Source of the DNA: Tubiluchus corallicola
Taxonomy: Eukaryota; Animalia; Priapulida
NCBI GenBank assembly: GCA_030141605.1
Contig: JAQGDQ010002517.1
Span: forward strand, 1 to 13,231
Reading direction: 5' to 3'
Length of the DNA stretch: 13,231 nucleotides
A program made the translations under genes and the position numbers. The notes beneath the pieces were generated by a model that saw only the letters and a list, made by a program, of their open reading frames with translations, did not search any database and was not told the origin of the DNA. Below are positions 1 to 7,409 of this stretch, piece after piece (position 1 is the stretch's first letter; each line of letters begins with the position of its first letter).

Positions 1-597
1 AAAATTGATGATTTCTTAAAAAAGCATTTTTCATATTTTATTGAGGTTTATAATGACTTTCCTTACAATATACAGAGGTGGGATGCTATACGCTATCTTA
101 TTCTTTACCAGTATGGAGGTCTGTATGTAGATTTTGATTTTGAATGTTTAGAAAACTTAGAACCTTTGTTAGAAAACAAAGAGTGTTGTTTTGGTTACGA
201 GCCTGATGGACATAAATACTTGCCTCCCAAATATGATAAAATTGTAGGTAATGCCATAATGGCAACTGTTCCCAGACATCCATTTTATAAGCTTATTATT
301 GATAAGATGTATAAAGCCCACCCACACAGTAATATAAAAGAGAAGTTATATAGAAATAAAATTTTTATGGTTCTTTTTACTACGGGACCTGGATTAGTTA
401 CAGAGGTTTATGATGGTCACCAAAACAAAGAAGAAATTACAATTTTTGATTCAAAATACTTATATCCACTTACCAACACAGAAGTAAAAATTCTTGTTTT
501 AGACAAGGAAAATCCTGAGTTGTTAGATGAAAAACTAAGAGATGCCTATGCGGTTCATTACCTTTTTTCATTATGGATTCCCCAAGTAAATGAATAA
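1..597 (+). CDS. Glycosyltransferase, GT32/DXD sugar-binding (Och1/SUR1-like) family, copy 1, 5'-truncated by the window edge
   Basis: Frame is open from base 1 (KIDDFLKKHF...) to TAA at 595-597. Contains RWDAIRY..LY.YGGLYVDFD (DxD) and TTGPG. Collinear with copies 2-4. The listed start at 166 is internal. Confidence 0.9.
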   Translation, partial: KIDDFLKKHFSYFIEVYNDFPYNIQRWDAIRYLILYQYGGLYVDFDFECLENLEPLLENKECCFGYEPDGHKYLPPKYDKIVGNAIMATVPRHPFYKLIIDKMYKAHPHSNIKEKLYRNKIFMVLFTTGPGLVTEVYDGHQNKEEITIFDSKYLYPLTNTEVKILVLDKENPELLDEKLRDAYAVHYLFSLWIPQVNE

Positions 598-647
598 AAA
601 AATAGAAGTAATAAATTTTAAACTTTAATTTGAATTTTTATAAACCT

Positions 648-1376
648 ATGTCATTAAGAATACCGAGAATTATTCATCAAATATGGGAAGGCAAACCTCT
701 GCCTGAGTTTTATAAATTATTAGGAGAATCTTGGCAGAAAAAACATCCTGACTGGGAATATGTTTTTTGGGATGCAAAAAAAATTGATGATTTCTTAAAA
801 AAGCATTTTTCATATTTTATTGAGGTTTATAATGACTTTCCTTACAATATACAGAGGTGGGATGCTATACGCTATCTTATTCTTTACCAGTATGGAGGTC
901 TGTATGTAGATTTTGATTTTGAGTGTTTAGAAAATTTAGAACCTTTGTTAGAAAACAAAGAGTGTTGTTTTGGTTACGAGCCTGATGGGCATAAATCGTT
1001 AGCTCCCAAATATCATAAGATTGTATGCAATGCCATAATGGCAACTGTTCCAGAGCATTCATTTTATAAGCTTATTATTGATAAGATGTATAAAGCCCAC
1101 CCACACAGTAATATAAAAGAGAAGCTATATGGAGATAAAGCTTCTATGGTTCTTTTTACTACGGGACCTGGATTAGTTACAGAGGTTTATGATGGTCACC
1201 AAAACAAAGAAGAAATTACAATTTTTGATTCAAAATATTTATATCCACTCACTCACGAAGAGATACAAACCCTTGTTTTAGATAAGAAAGATCCTGAATT
1301 ATTAGACAAAAAGTTAAAAGATGCCTATGCGGTTCATTACTTTTTTTCATTATGGATTCCCCAAGTAAATGAATAA
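648..1376 (+). CDS. Glycosyltransferase, GT32/DXD family, copy 2
   Basis: IPRIIHQIW N-terminal motif, YGGLYVDFD and TTGPG. ATG at 648 (MSLRIP) is preferred over the in-frame TTG at 630. Confidence 0.92.
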   Translation: MSLRIPRIIHQIWEGKPLPEFYKLLGESWQKKHPDWEYVFWDAKKIDDFLKKHFSYFIEVYNDFPYNIQRWDAIRYLILYQYGGLYVDFDFECLENLEPLLENKECCFGYEPDGHKSLAPKYHKIVCNAIMATVPEHSFYKLIIDKMYKAHPHSNIKEKLYGDKASMVLFTTGPGLVTEVYDGHQNKEEITIFDSKYLYPLTHEEIQTLVLDKKDPELLDKKLKDAYAVHYFFSLWIPQVNE

Positions 1377-1426
1377 AAAAATGGAAATAATAAATTTTAA
1401 ACTTTAACTTGAATTTTTATAAACCT

Positions 1427-2161
1427 ATGTCATTAAAAATACCTAGAATTATTCATCAAGTATGGGAAGGCAAGGAAGAACCTCTGCCTGAGTTTTATAA
1501 ATTATTAGGAGAATCTTGGCAGAAAAAACATCCTGACTGGGAATATGTTTTTTGGGATGCAAAAAAAATTGATGATTTCTTAAAAAAGCATTTTTCATAT
1601 TTTATTGAGGTTTATAATGACTTTCCTTACAATATACAGAGGTGGGATGCTATACGCTATCTTATTCTTTACCAGTATGGAGGTCTGTATGTAGATTTTG
1701 ATTTTGAGTGTTTAGAAAATTTAGAACCTTTGTTAGAAAACAAAGAGTGTTGTTTTGGTTACGAGCCTGATGGGCATAAATCGTTAGCTCCCAAATATCA
1801 TAAGATTGTATGCAATGCCATAATGGCAACTGTTCCAGAGCATTCATTTTATAAGCTTATTATTGATAAGATGTATAAAGCCCACCCACACAGTAATATA
1901 AAAGAGAAGCTATATGGAGATAAAGCTTCTATGGTTCTTTTTACTACGGGACCTGGATTAGTTACAGAGGTTTATGATGGTCACCAAAACAAAGAAGAAA
2001 TTACAATTTTTGATTCAAAATATTTATATCCACTCACTCACGAAGAGATACAAACCCTTGTTTTAGATAAGAAAGATCCTGAATTATTAGACAAAAAGTT
2101 AAAAGATGCCTATGCGGTTCATTACTTTTTTTCATTATGGATTCCCCAAGTAAATGAATAA
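1427..2161 (+). CDS. Glycosyltransferase, GT32/DXD family, copy 3
   Basis: Same motifs as copy 2; ATG at 1427. The N-terminus matches copy 4 and the remainder matches copy 2. Confidence 0.92.
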   Translation: MSLKIPRIIHQVWEGKEEPLPEFYKLLGESWQKKHPDWEYVFWDAKKIDDFLKKHFSYFIEVYNDFPYNIQRWDAIRYLILYQYGGLYVDFDFECLENLEPLLENKECCFGYEPDGHKSLAPKYHKIVCNAIMATVPEHSFYKLIIDKMYKAHPHSNIKEKLYGDKASMVLFTTGPGLVTEVYDGHQNKEEITIFDSKYLYPLTHEEIQTLVLDKKDPELLDKKLKDAYAVHYFFSLWIPQVNE

Positions 2162-2211
2162 AAAAATGGAAATAATAAATTTTAAACTTTAACTTGAATT
2201 TTTATAAACCT

Positions 2212-2952
2212 ATGTCATTAAAAATACCTAGAATTATTCATCAAGTATGGGAAGGCAAGGAAGAACCTCTGCCTGAGTTTTATAAATTATTAGGAGAATC
2301 TTGGCAGAAAAAACATCCTGACTGGGAATATGTTCTCTGGGATGCCAAAAAAATTGATGATTTCTTAAAAAAGCATTTTTCATATTTTATTGAAGTTTAT
2401 GATGACTTTCCTTACAATATACAGAGGTGGGATGCTATACGCTATCTTATTCTTTACCAGTATGGAGGTCTGTATGTAGATTTTGATTTTGAGTGTTTAG
2501 AAAACTTAGAGCCTTTGTTAGAAGATAAAGAATGTTGTTTTGGCTATGAACCTGATGAGCACAAATATTTAACTCCTAGATATAATAAAATTGTAGGTAA
2601 TGCCATAATGGCAACTGTCCCAGAGCATCCGTTTTACAAACTTATCATTGATAGAATATATAAAACACATCCACACAGTACAAAAAAGGAACAATATGGT
2701 AAAAAAGATTTTATGGTTCTTTTCACTACAGGACCTGGACTGGTCACAGAAATTTATGATACTTGCCAAAATAAAGAAGAAATCACTGTTTTTGATTCAA
2801 AATACTTATACCCTCTTACTAACGAAGAAATAAGAACTCTTGTCTTGGATAAGGAAAATCCTGAGTTGTTAGATGAGAAATTAAAAAACGCTTATGCACT
2901 TCACTATATGTTTTCATTATGGTCTAAACAACTAAATGAACAAAAATTATGA
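2212..2952 (+). CDS. Glycosyltransferase, GT32/DXD family, copy 4
   Basis: Same motifs; ATG at 2212. The C-terminal half is the most divergent of the four. The stop codon overlaps the next start (ATGA, 2949-2952). Confidence 0.92.
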   Translation: MSLKIPRIIHQVWEGKEEPLPEFYKLLGESWQKKHPDWEYVLWDAKKIDDFLKKHFSYFIEVYDDFPYNIQRWDAIRYLILYQYGGLYVDFDFECLENLEPLLEDKECCFGYEPDEHKYLTPRYNKIVGNAIMATVPEHPFYKLIIDRIYKTHPHSTKKEQYGKKDFMVLFTTGPGLVTEIYDTCQNKEEITVFDSKYLYPLTNEEIRTLVLDKENPELLDEKLKNAYALHYMFSLWSKQLNEQKL

Positions 2953-5345
2953 GATGTTATCAATTATTTATTATTTTTATTTTAGTTGTAGAGACCGTTC
3001 AATCCCAAAACTTTAAGGTAGAAGGCACAATATTAGATGGTAATAGCAATGTTTTGCCCTATGCCAATCTGCAAATACTAACCCTTGATAGTGTTTTTTT
3101 CAAAGGAGGGATTTCGGGGGACAACGGAGAGTTCCTTTTTGAGGATATTCCAGCAGGTGAGTATTTGTTTTATGCCTATTATTTGGGGTATGAACAATAT
3201 GTAAGTAATATTACTATAAAATCAGATGCCCAGTTAGATAATATTAGGTTACAACAACAATCTACAGCCATAGAAGAAGTAGTAGTAAAGGCATTAAAAC
3301 CTACAGTAGAGCGTAAGATAGATAGATATGTAGTTTCTTTAAGTGGTACTTATGTAGGTGGTAGGACGACTTTAGATTTACTGAAATTTGCACCTGGCGT
3401 AACAGTAGATTTAGATGGTAACATATTACTCAACAGACAGGATGTTACAGTATTTGTGAATGATAGGCAACTGCGATTGAGTGGTAAACAATTACAAAGT
3501 TACTTGCTAAGTCTCAATAGTGAAGATATAGAAAGCATAGAGGTACTACCTAGCCCCAAGGCAGATATGGATGCAGAAGGCTCAGGAGGTATTATAGTAA
3601 TCAACTTAAAGAAAGGAGCTAAAAGAGGCACTAATGGTTATGTGAATGCAGGATACAGCAAGGGTATAGCTCCTGCTGCTGATGGTAATATAGGCTTGAA
3701 CTACAACAAGAACAATCTCACCCTATATGCAAATTATGCTTATCATTACACTGAGCCTTATGAATACTATGAGATGCTCTATACACAGGAAAATAGTGAA
3801 ACTACTTTTTTTGATTATGTCAAAAACTATCTTTATAATAATTCTCATACTGTAAGAGGCGGTTTGGATTATATTATTGGGAATAGACACAACATAGGGT
3901 TAGAAGTAGATGGCAATACCTCAAGGAGTGATGCCAAAAAGGCTTATACCAACACAGAAATTTATACGGGTGAGGTTTTAGATACCCTTATTCTAGGAGA
4001 TTTCCCCAAAGTAAACGCTTCAAACAATTTAGGGGTTAATTTCAATTACATATGGGATATAGATGACAAGGGTAGGAAGTTTAAATTGATTACAGATTAT
4101 TATACCTACTCTCAAGAAGTAGAAGATGACTACAATAGTGACTATTACAGTGGTGACAATCTATATGATATAGTGTATTCTATTAATAGGCAAAGTACTA
4201 ATAGTAATGAATTAGATATTTATACAGTTCGTGTAGACTACATTCATCCCTTCAACAATAACACAAAATTGGAAACAGGTTTGAAGTTTAGCGATGTAGT
4301 CTCTATTACAAACAATAGGTTCTTTTTCTTGGAGGGCGATGAGTGGGTAGTTGATACTGGAAGAACAGATAAGTTTAGCTATACTGAAAATATTTATGCA
4401 GGCTATGCAACTTTCGAGTCTAAATGGAAGAAGTTGGAGTATTCATTTGGGCTTCGTGCAGAGCATACCCAGTTTGACACCTATTCTCATACCTTAGATT
4501 CTACTACCAGTAATACCTACACAGAGTTATTTCCTACGGTATTTTTCTCACATCCCATTTTTGAAGAAGACAAGATTATCATTAACTACAACAGAAGAAT
4601 ACGGAGACCATCTTACGAGTGGATGAATCCCTTTGAATATTTTTATGGTGAATACACTATAGGAAAGGGGAATCCTAATATTATTCCCTCTTATTCTCAA
4701 AATATAGAACTAAACTATGCACTCAAAGGCAAACATTATTTTACCTTCAAATATACACATAGAGATGATATAATAGGAGAATTTTACTATAGAGACCCTG
4801 AAACAGATATTGCTACAAGGACTTTTAACAATTTAGCCAAATCACAATTTTTAACTTTCGATATTTTTACTCCCTTTAAAATTTATAAATGGTGGACGAC
4901 AGACAATTATGTGTCGTTTAGTTACAATCTTTTTGAAGAAGAAAAAATAGATTATGCAGTCCAATTCCCCGTTGTCTTTATTTCTTCCAATCATTATTTT
5001 CTCTTACCCAAAGATTTTAGATTTGAAATGAATATAGCTTTTAGGTCAAAAGATGTAACATATACATATACGACTATGGAGACTTCTATGTTTTTTTTAA
5101 ACCTCTCTATTCAAAAGAGCTTTTGGAAGAACAAAGCCAATCTAAGAATATTTGCAAATGACATTTTATACAGAGGTGGTAGATGGGAAGCTTCTGAAGA
5201 TTATCTGGGACAGTATAATTATATTTATGCTGAAGGAGACACCCGTAGGGTAGGTATATCATTTAAGTACAATTTTGATTGGGGAAAAAGTTTTTCAGTA
5301 AAAGGCAATGAGAAAAGTAATAGAGACGAATTGCAAAGAAAGTAA
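2949..5345 (+). CDS. Outer-membrane beta-barrel / TonB-dependent receptor-like protein with N-terminal carboxypeptidase-regulatory-like domain, copy 1
   Basis: 798 aa. Has a 19-aa signal peptide followed by Gln, a VEGTILD..LPYAN..G..DNGEF domain, a plug-like segment (IESIEV..SP.A..DAEGSGGII.I.LKK) and aromatic alternating beta-strands ending VGISFKYNF. Confidence 0.88.
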   Translation: MRCYQLFIIFILVVETVQSQNFKVEGTILDGNSNVLPYANLQILTLDSVFFKGGISGDNGEFLFEDIPAGEYLFYAYYLGYEQYVSNITIKSDAQLDNIRLQQQSTAIEEVVVKALKPTVERKIDRYVVSLSGTYVGGRTTLDLLKFAPGVTVDLDGNILLNRQDVTVFVNDRQLRLSGKQLQSYLLSLNSEDIESIEVLPSPKADMDAEGSGGIIVINLKKGAKRGTNGYVNAGYSKGIAPAADGNIGLNYNKNNLTLYANYAYHYTEPYEYYEMLYTQENSETTFFDYVKNYLYNNSHTVRGGLDYIIGNRHNIGLEVDGNTSRSDAKKAYTNTEIYTGEVLDTLILGDFPKVNASNNLGVNFNYIWDIDDKGRKFKLITDYYTYSQEVEDDYNSDYYSGDNLYDIVYSINRQSTNSNELDIYTVRVDYIHPFNNNTKLETGLKFSDVVSITNNRFFFLEGDEWVVDTGRTDKFSYTENIYAGYATFESKWKKLEYSFGLRAEHTQFDTYSHTLDSTTSNTYTELFPTVFFSHPIFEEDKIIINYNRRIRRPSYEWMNPFEYFYGEYTIGKGNPNIIPSYSQNIELNYALKGKHYFTFKYTHRDDIIGEFYYRDPETDIATRTFNNLAKSQFLTFDIFTPFKIYKWWTTDNYVSFSYNLFEEEKIDYAVQFPVVFISSNHYFLLPKDFRFEMNIAFRSKDVTYTYTTMETSMFFLNLSIQKSFWKNKANLRIFANDILYRGGRWEASEDYLGQYNYIYAEGDTRRVGISFKYNFDWGKSFSVKGNEKSNRDELQRK

Positions 5346-5354
5346 TGACATACT

Positions 5355-5583
5355 TATATGTACAATGAGCGGAAGCCAAAAAGCTAAGAAAATAGAGTAG
5401 GCATAACCTTTAAAACGTCATTCTTTGAACATTACAAATTTGTATATATACAATTAGTGGAAGCCGAAAAACTAATAAAAGAGTAGGCATAACCTTTAAA
5501 ACGTTATTCTTTGAATATTACAAATTTGTATATATACAATTAGTGGAAGCCGAAAAACTAATAAAACTAATAAAAGAGTAGGC
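5355..5583 (+). repeat. About 2.6 copies of an 86-88 bp direct repeat containing GGAAGCCRAAAA..AGAGTAGGC
   Basis: GGAAGCC occurs at 5371, 5459 and 5545. AGAGTAGGC ends at 5402, 5488 and 5583. The intervening sequences are near-identical. The third copy has an internal 9-bp duplication (ACTAATAAA, 5557-5574). Confidence 0.95.
5459..5488 (+). ncRNA. Candidate structured RNA element (GCC-GAA...AGUA-GGC hairpin, resembling the Flavo-1-type Bacteroidota motif); also at 5371-5402 and 5545-5583
   Basis: GCC/GGC pairing flanks GAA and AGUA, the loop-E/sarcin-ricin arrangement. The family assignment is from recall and has not been verified. Confidence 0.45.
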
Positions 5584-5606
5584 AAAATTTTAAGTTTATT
5601 TAAATT

Positions 5607-5777
5607 ATGGAAAATAAAAAGCAAAATGAAAAGCAAGAAGCTAAAAAAGTTCTTTTAGCTCAGGAAGCTGAGAATCTTCTAAGTGCTGAGATGTTAAAAT
5701 TTAAGGGAGGAGGTGCTTCGACCAGATGGTGTATCTCTAGACAATGTAATACTTATGCATGTTACACTAAATCTTAG
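5607..5777 (+). CDS. RiPP precursor peptide with double-glycine leader, 56 aa: MENKKQNEKQEAKKVLLAQEAENLLSAEMLKFKGG-GASTRWCISRQCNTYACYTKS
   Basis: Translated by hand from ATG 5607 to TAG 5775-5777. The LSAEMLKFKGG leader end fits the GG-motif pattern. The core carries C-x4-C-x4-C. It lies directly upstream of the rSAM/SPASM and C39 ABC transporter genes and is below the ORF-track size cutoff. Confidence 0.9.
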   Translation: MENKKQNEKQEAKKVLLAQEAENLLSAEMLKFKGGGASTRWCISRQCNTYACYTKS

Positions 5778-5864
5778 AAATTTAACAGATATTCTGTACC
5801 AATTTTAGCAAACGATATATCAGAAGAATCTAATATATTAATATTTTAAGGTACTAAGCTATCT

Positions 5865-5896
5865 AAATTTCCTGCCAAAAACTGGCAGGAAATTTT
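5865..5896 (+). terminator. Stem-loop between precursor and maturase genes (terminator/attenuator or mRNA stabiliser)
   Basis: Perfect 13-bp inverted repeat AAATTTCCTGCCA (5865-5877) / TGGCAGGAAATTT (5883-5895) with a 5-nt loop. The T-tail is short. Confidence 0.7.
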
Positions 5897-5930
5897 ATCT
5901 AATTTATTTAAATTTAATATCTTAATAACT

Positions 5931-7409
5931 ATGAATATAACATTTAATCCTGATTATATAATTAGACCAGATAAAGGAAAAGCATTGTTATTGTCAAAAG
6001 ACGTTATGAGGTTTAATCAAGAAACCAGAGAAGGTCGTTTTATGTCAAATATACATCCCATTCACGCAATGGTACTATCATTTATGAATGGGGAAGAAAA
6101 AGGGAAATCTATTGACAAGGCTGCAAAATATTTGAATATCTCGTCTGCAAAAGTGAAGGATTTTGTAAACTCTTTAATAGAAAACAAAGAAAGAAAAACG
6201 ATTCAAATAGGAGCTCACTCAACTTCTACTTTTCCTATACATACACTCATTCAATCAGATAAAAAAAATACCAGAGTATATAACCCCGACGATTTTTTGT
6301 ATGACAAACTAGACTTAACAAACAATAGAAATTCTACTCCATCGGATGTAACTTTGATGGTAACAACTCAGTGTGCTACCAATTGTATTTATTGCTATGC
6401 TGACAGAAAAAAAGTATCCACTAAAATTCCTCTTGATAGAGTCAAAGAATTGATACAAGAAGCAGTTCAATTTAAAGCAAGAAGTTTTGGTGTAGTAGGA
6501 GGAGACTTTTTTGCATACAAGCACTGGAGAGAAGTCTTAAAAGAACTATACAAATATAGTTTTCATCCATATCTATCAACAAAAGTTCCCCTTCAAGAAA
6601 AAGATATTGCTTTTTTAGCAGATATTGGTATTGTAGACATACAAATTTCATTAGATACTTTGGTAGAAGACAATCTTATTGCACTGTTACAGGCAAATTC
6701 TCATTATCCTAATAGAATACAAGAGACTTTAAGATTGCTTGACAAATACAATATAAATACAATTATACATACCATTGTTTCAGATATTAATGGTCATATA
6801 GAAGATATCAAAAGTGTTTATGATTTTATAAAGAAATTGACAAATATCTCACAATGGATAATAGAACCTGCAATAAATTCATCTTATACCCAACAAGAAT
6901 TTTCTGAAATAAAAGTAAAACGAGATAATTTAAAAAAACTCACTAATTATACCAGTGAATTAAAAGAAAAGAATAACAAATTTGAAATATACCCTCCCAA
7001 TTTAGCAGAAACACCTAAGGAACTATCTATAAAAGGGGGGAAAGATAATTTTTCTAATATGTCAATCTGTTCTGGTAATCTTTCCCAATTGTTTATTTTA
7101 CCTGATGGGCAGGTAACAATATGTGACCAAATGTATTGGAGACCTCGATTTATTCTGGGTAATATATTGGAGCAGAGCTTAGAAGAAGTTTGGAACTCGG
7201 AAAAAGCTCGTAGTCTCTACTATATAAAAAAAGAAGCCATTCAAGACAAAAGCGTTTGTAAATCGTGTTCTAACTTTGAAAAATGCAGATACCAAAATGG
7301 AAGCGCCTGTTGGAAAGATGTTATTCAAGCTTACGGAGAAGAAAATTGGGACTATCCAGATCCAAAATGCCCTAAAGCTCCTAAAGTAACGAAAGATATT
7401 TATGTTTAG
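5931..7409 (+). CDS. Radical SAM/SPASM-domain peptide maturase
   Basis: 492 aa. CATNCIYC fits CxxxCxxC; GGD replaces the usual GGE. SPASM-type cysteines: CSGN...ILPDGQVTIC...LGNI...CKSC.....C.......C...CP. Confidence 0.93.
   Translation: MNITFNPDYIIRPDKGKALLLSKDVMRFNQETREGRFMSNIHPIHAMVLSFMNGEEKGKSIDKAAKYLNISSAKVKDFVNSLIENKERKTIQIGAHSTSTFPIHTLIQSDKKNTRVYNPDDFLYDKLDLTNNRNSTPSDVTLMVTTQCATNCIYCYADRKKVSTKIPLDRVKELIQEAVQFKARSFGVVGGDFFAYKHWREVLKELYKYSFHPYLSTKVPLQEKDIAFLADIGIVDIQISLDTLVEDNLIALLQANSHYPNRIQETLRLLDKYNINTIIHTIVSDINGHIEDIKSVYDFIKKLTNISQWIIEPAINSSYTQQEFSEIKVKRDNLKKLTNYTSELKEKNNKFEIYPPNLAETPKELSIKGGKDNFSNMSICSGNLSQLFILPDGQVTICDQMYWRPRFILGNILEQSLEEVWNSEKARSLYYIKKEAIQDKSVCKSCSNFEKCRYQNGSACWKDVIQAYGEENWDYPDPKCPKAPKVTKDIYV

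Larger units (their letters stand above)
1..2952 (+). repeat. Tandem gene array with a period of 779-785 bp, at least 4 units
   Basis: The K codon of KIDDF recurs at 1, 780, 1565 and 2350. The ~50 bp intergenic spacers are near-identical. Confidence 0.97.

Noticed and set aside
630-647. TTG starts (MNFYKP extension) at 630, 1409 and 2194
   Set aside because: An in-frame ATG six codons later, directly before the conserved IPRIIHQ motif, is the more plausible start.
98-1847. Repeated 61-aa minus-strand ORFs (98-283, 877-1062, 1662-1847)
   Set aside because: They are antisense shadows of the GT genes and recur only because the genes are duplicated.
2569-2833. Short ORFs 2569-2769 (-) and 2648-2833 (+)
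   Set aside because: Both lie wholly inside GT copy 4 and have no recognisable motif.
5355-5583. CRISPR array interpretation of the ~87-bp repeats
   Set aside because: The would-be spacers are near-identical to each other, repeat length varies, and there are no cas genes in the window.
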